Positions 1 to 9,475 of a stretch of DNA of 64,000 nt are shown piece after piece (the stretch's first letter is position 1; each line of letters begins with the position of its first letter). The stretch is from positions 1 through 64,000 of the IMG/VR virus record IMGVR_UViG_3300035180_001847; one strand, 5' to 3'. The DNA comes from a virus. A model generated the notes under the pieces. That model was given only the letters and a program-made list of their open reading frames with translations, did no database searches and was not told the DNA's origin. Made by a program: the position numbers and the translations under genes.

Positions 1-15
1 TATAAAAAGTTTGTT

Positions 16-894
16 TTATTCCCAAAAACATTGATGCGTGATCGCCTTCTTTTCTTCACTACTCTCGTTATTTTGTTTTATTGGTAGAGGGTAATTAGAA
101 ATAAAAAGTTCATTTCCCTTTTTCGCTTTCCCCTGCTTGTAATTATTCATTCCATATTGCAATTTCCAATTATAGATATTCGCAAATTCAAAATTGTTTC
201 TAATTTTAGGACAATCATCATAGGTAATTAGCCATAAATGATTGCACTTTTTCATCTCATTTGCAAAATCATTATGGTTAAATCCAGTGTGTAAAATGCC
301 ATTTTTTCCGTATAACTTTGACTTAGTTGCTTTGAAATAAGGTGGATCAAGAAAAGTAAAGACTTCTTTTCCTCCACTTGATAAGACTTTGTGATAATCC
401 AAAAATGTAATCCTGATTCCTTCTAAGAGTTTTCCAAGTTTTGCAACACGTTCAATTGAAGAATCTGTAAACCTTCCAGCAAATGCCAATTGTGAGTAAC
501 CGCCAGATTCAGCTACACCAGAAAAAGTGATTCGATTTAAGACAAAGAAACGAACAGCACGCTCAAATTCAGTTAATGTTTCTGTTTTCACATTTACTAA
601 TTCATTGAACAATTCCCGTCCATTTGCTCTTTCTATTTTAATTTTCAGAACTTCCTTCGCTAATTTTTCTGAATCAATTTGGGCATACTTCCAGAAGAAA
701 TATAATTCGAGATTTAAGTCATTAATCCAAATTTTCAACTCTGGGAAGACTTGTTTTAAATAAATAAAAAATGACCCTCCGCCGACAAATGGCTCTCGAT
801 ATTCCTCAAACTCCTTTGGCAAAAGGGATTTCATTTGCTGTATTGCACGGGATTTTCCGCCAGGGTATCTCAATGGGCTTTTCATAATTTTCAT
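16..894 (-). CDS. Dam/D12-family N6-adenine DNA methyltransferase
   Basis: SPLRYPGGKS, EPFVGGGS (motif I), DPPY (motif IV). Confidence 0.92.
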   Translation of the reverse strand: MKIMKSPLRYPGGKSRAIQQMKSLLPKEFEEYREPFVGGGSFFIYLKQVFPELKIWINDLNLELYFFWKYAQIDSEKLAKEVLKIKIERANGRELFNELVNVKTETLTEFERAVRFFVLNRITFSGVAESGGYSQLAFAGRFTDSSIERVAKLGKLLEGIRITFLDYHKVLSSGGKEVFTFLDPPYFKATKSKLYGKNGILHTGFNHNDFANEMKKCNHLWLITYDDCPKIRNNFEFANIYNWKLQYGMNNYKQGKAKKGNELFISNYPLPIKQNNESSEEKKAITHQCFWE

Positions 895-1099
895 GGTCTG
901 TTAGGTAAAATTTGAATTTCAAGTTTCTGATTATTTGAAGATTTATGATTTTAATTTTTGTAAAATTTCTTCTTCTCGTTTGGAGCAGCTTTCTTTGTTT
1001 TAACTCAAGAATTGTGCCAACAAATTTTCATCATATGGCATTGATAATGACCCAGAAACTTTTTTACTTGTCAACTTCAAGTGTGACATGAAAGGCTGG

Positions 1100-1262
1100 G
1101 AAGAAATCCTTCTGTGGAATTTTTGCTTCTTGTAGAAAACGAGGGATGAATTGCCATTGTCCTCCCGTCACAGTGACATCTAAAATTTTTATGATGTCGT
1201 TTCCAAAAATATCCACAACTTTAACTGCAATCTTCCGCCGTCCCGCGGGGACTTTTATCTGG
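1100..1262 (-). pseudogene. Fragment of a Type III R-M mod/res gene junction
   Basis: RRKIAVKVVDIFGND resembles a Mod C-terminus and is followed by an overlapping ATG (MAIHPSF), like Res N-termini; both are truncated. Confidence 0.5.
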
Positions 1263-1386
1263 GCTGGCTGGGATTCGACTTGTGAGCAGAAAAAACCCGA
1301 AGCCAGTGTCTCGACAGGCTCGACAACCAAAAACTGCTTGAAAATGCGGCAGAATCCCACCAGTCGGCTGCAAGCAGTTATTGGAC
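1262..1386 (-). repeat. attC-like site, right end truncated
   Basis: GTCCAAT-AACTG-CTTGCAGCC left end plus internal stem CTGGTGGGATTC/GAATCCCAGCCAG; no L'/R'. Confidence 0.6.
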
Positions 1387-1390
1387 TTCA

Positions 1391-1669
1391 CTAATTTTGA
1401 AGAACATGCTGCAATAAAAAGTTACCAAGAACAATTAGCGCAACCGCAAGAATTACAAAATCAAACCAACCAAGAGGCGAAACTTCACCACCGCACTCTT
1501 CGGCAACTTGTGAGTTGTTTTCACGCGACTCTCCCATGCGACGCAAGTTTTCTTCGTGCGCCTCTTTTTCTGCGCGTTCAATCGCTTCAATCTGATAACC
1601 ATGTGCAACAACTCCATCGGAGCGTTCCCACATTCGATAACCATCTTTATCTACACTTTGCCACGACAT
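1391..1669 (-). CDS. Cassette-like hypothetical membrane protein
   Basis: RBS AAGGAG before ATG 1669; C-terminal hydrophobic helix; flanked by attC-like sites. Confidence 0.65.
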   Translation of the reverse strand: MSWQSVDKDGYRMWERSDGVVAHGYQIEAIERAEKEAHEENLRRMGESRENNSQVAEECGGEVSPLGWFDFVILAVALIVLGNFLLQHVLQN

Positions 1670-1696
1670 AAGACTCCTTTGTTGAGTAAGGAAAAA

Positions 1697-1824
1697 GACC
1701 AACGGTTTACGTTAGTGGTTTGCGGGCGGAGTGGCATCCGCTCCACCAACAAGATTAACTTTGGTGCAGATTTACCTTCCGATTCCGCAGACTCCCTGCA
1801 AATCGGCTGCGCGCTTTGTTAGTT
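1697..1824 (-). repeat. attC-like site (complete)
   Basis: AACTAAC-AAAGC-GCGCAGCC...CACTAAC-GTAAACC-GTTGGTC; long imperfect inverted repeat; upstream gene stop TAA lies in R''. Confidence 0.85.
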
Positions 1825-2016
1825 TTCTTGCCAACCAAAGGCAAGCACAAAATACAAAAACTGAAAATTGAAAAAGGTAACTTGGTCAATCTTACGCGAA
1901 TTGTATGCTTCCATCGTTTCGCCAATAGTGAAGCTGATTACCTTAAATGGGTCTCCGCGAAACCAGCCAACGTTAAGCCATAAATTTTTATAATGAACAT
2001 TGAGACACTTTTGCAT
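1819..2016 (-). CDS. Cassette-like hypothetical protein
   Basis: RBS AAGGAG; stop codon inside attC R''. Confidence 0.65.
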   Translation of the reverse strand: MQKCLNVHYKNLWLNVGWFRGDPFKVISFTIGETMEAYNSRKIDQVTFFNFQFLYFVLAFGWQEN

Positions 2017-2039
2017 TGTTACTCCTTTTGCAAGATGAA

Positions 2040-2066
2040 AACTAACGGACTTGCTTTAGTAGCGTA
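2040..2066 (-). repeat. attC-like right half-site
   Basis: CTACTAAAGCAAGTCCGTTAGTT followed by RBS and ATG. Confidence 0.55.
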
Positions 2067-2193
2067 TGGGAGGGCGTGGATAAACTTTGAGAGCAGATAA
2101 AACCAGAACGTAGAAAAATGCCAATAAACCGCGTAAAATCCCCGGACGCCTTAATTATTGGTTTAAGAATTATGTTTACAAAATCAGCACCGC

Positions 2194-2412
2194 TCATTTA
2201 ACACCGTATTTTTTAGCAAGCAAAACAGATGTAACAAACAAACTAATTCCACCACCAACGAACATGAAGTCCGCAAAAATTGGCATGATCGCTGGAATAT
2301 GAGCCAAAAAATCAATCACGCCAAAAAAAATAAACGAAACAGAAATTCCAATTTTTGTTTTATCAGATGTCGAAAGATTGTCAACCCAAGTTGCGTTTTT
2401 GGAAATATTCAT
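2194..2412 (-). CDS. Small two-TM membrane protein
   Basis: RBS AAGGAG before ATG 2412; two hydrophobic segments. Confidence 0.6.
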   Translation of the reverse strand: MNISKNATWVDNLSTSDKTKIGISVSFIFFGVIDFLAHIPAIMPIFADFMFVGGGISLFVTSVLLAKKYGVK

Positions 2413-2743
2413 ACTAAGTTCTCCTTTCTCTTCTCCAAGTCTCCAAATAGAACCATTAAGAAAATCTATTTTCTTTGTTTCTTCACCGTAAATCAAAGTA
2501 TTTCCTTCTAAATTTCTTTCATCTTTTTCTATTTCTATTTTGGGAAAGTTGTAATAAGTATCTGAATAACTTTATTTTCAGCAATTTCATGATTAAAACC
2601 AACATAAATTTTACTCATTTTATTTAATCTCCTTTTTTATCTGATATTTTTTATTATATATCAAAACTCAATTTCTGTCAATTCTTAAATACCAATCACC
2701 CTATAACAAATTCCAAATAATCCATTATAATCCGATTATTGTT

Positions 2744-3238
2744 TTACCTTAAATAAAATGTCTGTGCGGGATAGAGAACAATATCTTTTCCTAAATCAGT
2801 GGAACATTCCTTATATCTTAAAAATTTTAATCCATCTGAATCTAATAATTTGATTGTTTTTTTGGTTGCCGAAATTCCAACAGTAAAATGGTCATATCTT
2901 CCACCTATGCCTATTATAACACATGACTTTGGAACTGCAAGGAATTCAACAATGGAATTCCAATAAACTCTTGTGCTTGGATTGGGGTGACCAGCCCAAA
3001 TAAGAGTTTTATTTTTTATTCTATCACCAAGAACATCTCTCATTATCATCGATATATTCTTTTTCCAAACACCACCTAAAATAGCGTCTTTCAACATTCT
3101 TTTTCTGGAAAGATATTTTATAATGTCATCAAATAATAATTGACATTCTTCTGGATTGGCATCATTCAAGTATTGATATGCATTAATAATAGAATAAATT
3201 CCACACAAACTATCTAATCCTTGATAAAAACCATTCAT
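2744..3238 (-). CDS. Hypothetical protein, possibly cysteine-peptidase (C39-like) fold
   Basis: Q-x5-CG near N-terminus, later H and D residues; family call tentative. Confidence 0.45.
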   Translation of the reverse strand: MNGFYQGLDSLCGIYSIINAYQYLNDANPEECQLLFDDIIKYLSRKRMLKDAILGGVWKKNISMIMRDVLGDRIKNKTLIWAGHPNPSTRVYWNSIVEFLAVPKSCVIIGIGGRYDHFTVGISATKKTIKLLDSDGLKFLRYKECSTDLGKDIVLYPAQTFYLR

Positions 3239-3450
3239 TTTATTTTAACACCTTCCCGAATTGCCTTATTCAACATCTGTTCCATTTGATTAGCTCGTTT
3301 TGTGGCAATGCCAGCCAAAGACGTGCCTCTATGTTTCAATGCCAGTAACCGAAGACCACTAATTTCTGAACGAACATCTGAAATGTGGCCATCAAAACGG
3401 TTATGCTTTTTTATGTTGTTTAAATGAAATTCCAATGTTTTCTCGTTCAT
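3235..3450 (-). CDS. Hypothetical protein
   Basis: RBS AAGGAG; ATGA overlap with next gene. Confidence 0.65.
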   Translation of the reverse strand: MNEKTLEFHLNNIKKHNRFDGHISDVRSEISGLRLLALKHRGTSLAGIATKRANQMEQMLNKAIREGVKIK

Positions 3451-3466
3451 GAAATGCTCCTTTTAT

Positions 3467-4372
3467 TTATGATTTTGATTTTTTATCAGCAACATTTAAT
3501 AAAAAGACATCATTATACATATCTTGACCAACCAATTCCAGAAATTTCAATCGGGATTTTTCAGACTGAATTCCATAGGGACGCATGTGATTTTGAATAA
3601 TCCCACAAATCCAAATTATATCATTCGTGGAAACATTCTTGACATCCAAATAAAACATGGCTTCATACGCTGAAACTGATTCATGAGAATAAAAATGCGC
3701 TATATCGGATGGATTTCCTTTGGAGTCTTCAAAAGTTTTAGTGTATAGTTTTCCAATATCATGAAGTATGGCGGCACGTTCCATTCTTTCGTTTTCATAA
3801 TCCAAAACTTCTCTGTAAACACTGCGTGTATGCTCACCCAGCGTTTTAGAGTGATGGGGATTATCTTGATTGAACGCGTCCATTTTTTTCCACAAATCGT
3901 TCCAATTATAATTATCGGGATTATAATTATAAACAATATTGATTTCATCCCAGCCTTCATTATATTGTGGCATCTGAAATTGTTTACGATAACGAGAAAT
4001 AACATGAAGAGGAACTACCCGTTCACGCATCTCGTTTTGCCTTAGACATTTTTGAAACTCTGTTGCCACAACAATCGCTATTTTTTTCACATATAATTTA
4101 TTTATTTTTTGAAGCAATGCAACACGATATTTTGCTGAAATATTTGTGGAATCTAGTATGACGCTTTTTCCACTTGCTAACAACGACAAAATATCGGAAT
4201 GAATTTTGTCAAAAATTTTTGAATTATCTCCTTGCCTGGATTCATCGCCATATTCTTTTTGACGATAAATATCCGAAGATAGGATAATAACGGGAGCATA
4301 TTCCGCAATTTGTTTTGCCAGAGTGGACTTGCCGCTTCCTTGCAAACCGATCATCATAATAAATTTTACCAT
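3467..4372 (-). CDS. Polynucleotide kinase (AAA_33) fused to HD phosphohydrolase
   Basis: Walker A GLQGSGKST, ILDSTN; H...LHDIGK...H HD motif. Confidence 0.88.
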   Translation of the reverse strand: MVKFIMMIGLQGSGKSTLAKQIAEYAPVIILSSDIYRQKEYGDESRQGDNSKIFDKIHSDILSLLASGKSVILDSTNISAKYRVALLQKINKLYVKKIAIVVATEFQKCLRQNEMRERVVPLHVISRYRKQFQMPQYNEGWDEINIVYNYNPDNYNWNDLWKKMDAFNQDNPHHSKTLGEHTRSVYREVLDYENERMERAAILHDIGKLYTKTFEDSKGNPSDIAHFYSHESVSAYEAMFYLDVKNVSTNDIIWICGIIQNHMRPYGIQSEKSRLKFLELVGQDMYNDVFLLNVADKKSKS

Positions 4373-4375
4373 CGT

Positions 4376-5434
4376 TTATTCTCCAATTATTTTTAATATA
4401 CGATCATTTGATTGATTAAAAATCCAGGTTGTAAAACTATCTACTTTCAAATCAGCCATTGAATACATTGCGCTCGGAAATGATGTGGAGTTCGCCCATA
4501 TAGCTAAATCTCTTCTATTATTATAAGATGGAATAGTAGACCAATCCTTCTCCATAACTTCAATCACATTATTTATTTTACGCTCAATATCACTAAACAT
4601 GCCGCGATACTCAGGATAATAAGCCAGAAATTCATCTTTCTCGTTTGTACGAATCATATCCAAAATTCTTGATTTAGTAACAACACCATTATTTCTAAGA
4701 TGATGAGCAACAACATACGCCCTGGATTTAATCTTAACCCTATTATAATTAGCATCCACTACGACATACCCTTCTTCATTGAAAGACATTTAACTTGTCG
4801 CTTCTAAACATTCATCTAAACTTGATAATGCGTATTGTTCTGGCTTCTCGATGCCAATTTCAACATCTAATTCTTCAAGGGTATGATTATCTCTCGTTCC
4901 AATATGATACAACTTTGTCTCTGGATATGCAATTACAACCTTATTATAAATAGATACTAATTTAAAAATATAAGTGTATCCATTATTTAAAACAGTGTAA
5001 AGATGTGATGGAAACACGCTGGTAAATAATTCACCAAAATTATGAAAATTCGAATCCGTCACTGGAAGCTCACAATTAAACGCATCAATTACGCCATTGG
5101 TGCTAATTCTCCAAGTTCCATTATAAAACCATAACTTCATAATTGAACCATCAATTTTTTGTTGAACCTTTGCACTTTTCCAATCAATAGAGTCGGCATT
5201 TTTTTCTTGAACATTAAAGAATTTGAAAAAGGGAACGCACACAAGCACAAAATGCTTATCAAAAATAATTCCACGACATTCACGCACAAGGGGGATTGAA
5301 AAATCGCTGAAAAGTTGATTGTAAGAAAACAAATAGAAATCACCATCTTTTTTTATATCAATATAATATGGGGCATTGGAAAGTTTTTCTTTCCAGTCCA
5401 AATTTTCTTGAATGAATTTCTGTAATTTCAACAT
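4376..5434 (-). pseudogene. T4 Rnl1-like RNA ligase interrupted by one in-frame TAA (4790-4792)
   Basis: CRGIIF and KIDGS (motif I) in 5' ORF; EGYVV and VKIKS (motifs IV/V) in 3' ORF; both ORFs in the same frame. Confidence 0.8.
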
Positions 5435-5495
5435 GTTGTTTTCTCCTGCTTGAAAAATTGTTTCTTGAAAATTGTGGCATAAGAATACTTATATA

Positions 5496-5696
5496 TCAAA
5501 TAATTTTGTTCACATCTTGTCTCAACTCATATTTATCATCTGTTTGATTATATTGAATCAATTTTTCCTTATTCAATTTCGTCAAAGACTTTGCAACCGC
5601 TTTTTCGGTTATACCAAATTTTTTTGACAATTCTTTTTTAGATTGTCCTCCATCTCGAAGATGGAGCAGGATGGCTAAGTAAGTATGAAAAGCCAT
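5496..5696 (-). CDS. Small winged-helix DNA-binding protein
   Basis: SKKELSKKFGITEKAVAKSLTKL HTH pattern. Confidence 0.7.
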   Translation of the reverse strand: MAFHTYLAILLHLRDGGQSKKELSKKFGITEKAVAKSLTKLNKEKLIQYNQTDDKYELRQDVNKII

Positions 5697-5887
5697 TATT
5701 TCCCAATCCCTCTTTTATAGTCCTCTTCAAGTTTAAATGATATTTCCTTAATACGAAGGGCAACGAGATTTAATTGTTGAACAATGTATAAATTATCTTT
5801 TTCGGAATTCTTTTTTGCCCATTCCTCAAAAAATTTTATAATTACTTTCAGTGATTTATTGCTCAATTCATTCTCTCTTATTTTCAT
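5696..5887 (-). CDS. Hypothetical protein
   Basis: ORF translationally coupled to neighbour. Confidence 0.55.
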   Translation of the reverse strand: MKIRENELSNKSLKVIIKFFEEWAKKNSEKDNLYIVQQLNLVALRIKEISFKLEEDYKRGIGK

Positions 5888-5931
5888 TTCACGAATCCTT
5901 TCATCTAGTCATAAAACACTTATTTCATAGT

Positions 5932-6762
5932 CTAATAATTCTTATAAAGACTTTCAAAAACATATTCGGAATTGGAACTTCCAACAATTCTTCTAAATGG
6001 AGAATTTCCAGAAGCTAAATAAACATGATTATTATATAATTTCTGGGGAACATCATAAGTCATATCACTCGTTGCAGTCCTTCCATTAAAAGAAAGAAGA
6101 TATTTTCCACTTTGTTTTTCTAACCATCCCCACATTTTTTCATAATCAATTGCACCATAATACATTCCTTTTGTTCCGGTATAGGGTGGATCAAGATATA
6201 GAACATCATTTTCTTTTGATTGTATTTTTTCATATGAAATATTTTCAAAGACCACATTGTTTTTATTCAATAATTCACTCCAAATTTTTAATATTTTTTT
6301 TAATTTATCAGGAAGAATTCCATTTCTTTTCACATGAAAAGCAGTATTAAAATTTCCATTTTTATTATATCTTGGCATTCCATTTACAGCTGTTCTCATT
6401 ATAAACATAAAATCGATTGGATTTCTTTCTAAATTAAATCTATCTCTAATAGAAAAATAATATTTTCTTTTTCTTTCTATGTCGTCATCTTTATTCAAAT
6501 CCATCCACAATTTTTCATATCCACTACTTATTTCTAAAGGAGAGCTTTTTATTTTTTTCCAAAGACTAATCAAATCATTATTCAAATCTGAAATCATAAA
6601 ATTTTTTACTTTTATATTAGAAACCATTAATTGAAACAAAACTGAACACCCTCCACAAAAGGGTTCATAGTATGTATCAATTTCTTTCGGAAAAAGAGCG
6701 ATTATCCTTTTCGCCTGACTCCGCTTGCTTCCAGACCATTTAATAGCAGGTTGTATAATCAA
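5932..6762 (-). CDS. Dam/D12-family N6-adenine DNA methyltransferase
   Basis: KWSGSK, EPFCGGCS, DPPY. Confidence 0.9.
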   Translation of the reverse strand: MIIQPAIKWSGSKRSQAKRIIALFPKEIDTYYEPFCGGCSVLFQLMVSNIKVKNFMISDLNNDLISLWKKIKSSPLEISSGYEKLWMDLNKDDDIERKRKYYFSIRDRFNLERNPIDFMFIMRTAVNGMPRYNKNGNFNTAFHVKRNGILPDKLKKILKIWSELLNKNNVVFENISYEKIQSKENDVLYLDPPYTGTKGMYYGAIDYEKMWGWLEKQSGKYLLSFNGRTATSDMTYDVPQKLYNNHVYLASGNSPFRRIVGSSNSEYVFESLYKNY

Positions 6763-6936
6763 GATGATCTCCTTTAAAAAATCAACAAAAAAACTTATTA
6801 ATCCAATTACAATTCAATTTTATTTATATCGCTCAACCAAACCACTATCACCTAAAAGCGATAGGTTAGACCCTGTGTGTAAACAATGAGTACAAAAAAG
6901 GTGGATATAAAATATTTTTCATTTTCAAACATATTT

Positions 6937-7473
6937 TCAATCCCCCAAAGTATGAAAATATTTTACAAATAATTCCATGCCATTATCAAAAGTTTTTTTC
7001 ATCAAACGATATTTTTCACGAATTTGCTTGTCTGTTTTACTATCATATAAATCTTCATCAATAATAACCATGTATGCTCGAAAGCCACTGGATATATCCA
7101 TTATGACTTGTCTAAAATTATTTTTAGCATTTTCCTCTTCTTCTTTTGTAAATTTATAGCGTCCCCTTTTTTCAAGTTCTTTCCACTCCACATCAAAAAA
7201 TTCCATTGGGATTCCAACGAGAGCATGGGGATTATCCAATTTTTCTTTAAGAGAATCCAAAATTTCTGGAATCATCCTTGCTAAATATGTATCTATTCCC
7301 CATGTTGCCGTATAATCCCATCCTTTTTGAACACGCTGAATTGCTTTTTTGACTTCATCATAAACATATTCTATAATCTTATGAGGATGAGATAGGGCGT
7401 AGCTTGGGCGATAACCAGCCAAACTTTTTTCTTTGAAAATCTTATTATCGATGAAATTTGCTATAAAATTCAT
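6937..7473 (-). CDS. Hypothetical phage protein
   Basis: 178-aa ORF abutting recombinase stop. Confidence 0.7.
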   Translation of the reverse strand: MNFIANFIDNKIFKEKSLAGYRPSYALSHPHKIIEYVYDEVKKAIQRVQKGWDYTATWGIDTYLARMIPEILDSLKEKLDNPHALVGIPMEFFDVEWKELEKRGRYKFTKEEEENAKNNFRQVIMDISSGFRAYMVIIDEDLYDSKTDKQIREKYRLMKKTFDNGMELFVKYFHTLGD

Positions 7474-8310
7474 TTATTTTTCCTCCGCCGTCAAATAATC
7501 ATAGACTTCATTCCGTGCATGAATATATTTTTCACCAATTGCCAAATTACTATGACCGGCAATAAATTTTACCGCATACGGGTCTTTCGTTTTTTCGTAA
7601 ATACCCGTTAGAGTATAATGACGAAAAGCGTGTCCATGACCAAATCTGGTAATTTGATCTGCTGTAAATCCAGTGGATTTTACAAAACGATTTATGCGAA
7701 GATATACAGCCGTGCCACTAATAGCATGTCCACCCCAAGAAAACAGATATTCAGACTTCTCATGACGCATTTGGGACACGTCTGCAATCATATCCAAAAT
7801 ATCTTGAGGAAGTTTAATTGAACGTTCTTTATTACCCTTCCCATGCACAAGCAATCGTCCATCAGAAATATCGGACAATTTAATATTTGCCATTTCGCTT
7901 GAACGCAAACCAATTCTTCCCAAAATGTTGATCATCAAAAAAAGTTTCTTGTTCCCCCTTGATTTTTCAAGAATATCTTGCATTTCTGATTCAGTTGGCA
8001 TTCGTATCATTTTTTTGGCGGTGGACAGATATTCAATCTTATCAAAAATATTTGATTGAATATATTCTTGCTGATACAGCCAGCTAAAAAATGAAGAAAT
8101 AATACGAGTTATGGTATTCTTGCTTGAATTTGTAATTTTTAAACTATTTCGATATTCACGAAATTGAATGGCCGTAACCGCCTTCAAGTCTTCAATAGAA
8201 TTGATATTCAATGCCGAAAGAAAAGCATCAATTACACTTCGATATGACCGAAGGGTAAGATGACTTTTATCGTTTTTCGCATTCAAGAATTGCTCGTATT
8301 CATTGAACAT
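7474..8310 (-). CDS. Tyrosine recombinase/integrase (XerC/D-like)
   Basis: GLRSSE, HGKGNKER, HAFRH, AGHS...KY catalytic set; N-terminal SAM-like domain. Confidence 0.92.
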   Translation of the reverse strand: MFNEYEQFLNAKNDKSHLTLRSYRSVIDAFLSALNINSIEDLKAVTAIQFREYRNSLKITNSSKNTITRIISSFFSWLYQQEYIQSNIFDKIEYLSTAKKMIRMPTESEMQDILEKSRGNKKLFLMINILGRIGLRSSEMANIKLSDISDGRLLVHGKGNKERSIKLPQDILDMIADVSQMRHEKSEYLFSWGGHAISGTAVYLRINRFVKSTGFTADQITRFGHGHAFRHYTLTGIYEKTKDPYAVKFIAGHSNLAIGEKYIHARNEVYDYLTAEEK

Positions 8311-8341
8311 AGTAGAATCCTTTCTTTATCAATATATTATG

Positions 8342-8397
8342 ATTATACAGTAAAAAAGGATTTTGTCAATAGTAAAATGTCATATTTTTAATGTCAC
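8342..8397 (-). promoter_or_regulatory. Sigma70-type promoter of the recombinase with adjacent TGACAT boxes
   Basis: TTGACA-16-TATAAT on minus strand; ATGACATTTT immediately upstream. Confidence 0.65.
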
Positions 8398-8460
8398 ATT
8401 TATAATTTTAATAATCTATCTATCAAATTTATTTATCATAATCTCAGCATCTTTTCTACA

Positions 8461-8724
8461 TTATTTTATCTTTTGTTCCGATGTATGTATAAATGAAAAA
8501 TATTTTCCTTTGGTTTCATATAAATAACCCATGCAAAAAAGCCATTCAAAATCAAATGATTCTGGTATCAGATCAACAACAATGGGTAGCCTTTTTTTAA
8601 CTATATATTTCACCATAGAATCTTTAGTTTCAATGGGTAGCTCTTTCATTTTATTTTTATCAAGAAGTTTTGTTTTCTTATCAACCATGCTATTTATGAT
8701 TTTATTAAATTCTCTTTTTTTCAT
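8461..8724 (-). CDS. Hypothetical protein
   Basis: ORF in minus-strand run. Confidence 0.55.
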   Translation of the reverse strand: MKKREFNKIINSMVDKKTKLLDKNKMKELPIETKDSMVKYIVKKRLPIVVDLIPESFDFEWLFCMGYLYETKGKYFSFIHTSEQKIK

Positions 8725-8851
8725 ATTTTATCCGCCATGATTTTGATTATAAACAATCATTTTAAATGCTTCATCCGCCATCATTTTTCTATCCGTTGCT
8801 ATTGCTTGAATCACGGCATCATTTTTCATTAAAAAATCAAGAATATTCATT

Positions 8852-9100
8852 CTATTCATCCTTTTTTGCGCGTAATCCAAATGAATTGCTATTTTGGTAT
8901 CCATGACAAAGAGAATAAAAATCATAAACGCCATTTGGGTCTAAAAGTTCAATCCAAGCATTTTCATTAGTGAATAAGGTGGAAGCATCGATAACGGCAT
9001 CCGTTGGATTTTCCTTGTCCCAAAGATGAAATCCATGTTCATCAACTATCAAAGTCCATCTTCCTGTTTCTGATTTAAATTCATGTCGGCTCATTTTCAT
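8852..9100 (-). CDS. Hypothetical protein
   Basis: RBS AAGGA. Confidence 0.6.
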   Translation of the reverse strand: MKMSRHEFKSETGRWTLIVDEHGFHLWDKENPTDAVIDASTLFTNENAWIELLDPNGVYDFYSLCHGYQNSNSFGLRAKKDE

Positions 9101-9163
9101 TTTCCTTTTTCTGTTTACAAAATCTTTCTTTTGCTAATTTTTATTTGTAAACCCAGCGCGCTA

Positions 9164-9391
9164 TTATTCACCCATTTTCACATCTTTTATTGTGTCAGTT
9201 TCAACAAACACTTCGTCCTTCGAGAGCTTTTCTAAAAGCTCTCCAGCTTTTGAATGATGATACACGACATTTTTCCAATTCCACAATCGATAAAGCCAAT
9301 TAGATTTACAATAATGCTCAACGTAAGTTTGGTGCTCATCAATTTCATCTAATATATTTTCTAGGGCATTCTTTACTTTTTCTTCTTCCAT
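9164..9391 (-). CDS. Hypothetical protein
   Basis: RBS AGGAG. Confidence 0.65.
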   Translation of the reverse strand: MEEEKVKNALENILDEIDEHQTYVEHYCKSNWLYRLWNWKNVVYHHSKAGELLEKLSKDEVFVETDTIKDVKMGE

Positions 9392-9475
9392 TTTATCTCC
9401 TATTTATGAAACAACAAGTTTATCAAAACCACAACCATCCTGATTTTATTCAGAATGGTTGTTTTTTTATTTTTT

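Noticed and set aside
4790-4792. Stop-codon reassignment (alternative genetic code)
   Set aside because: TAA, TAG and TGA all terminate intact genes elsewhere; long genes are unbroken under code 11; no suppressor tRNA seen.
7474-8310. Calling the recombinase intI
   Set aside because: No room for the IntI-specific insertion between patch III and box II, and no adjacent attI/cassette array.
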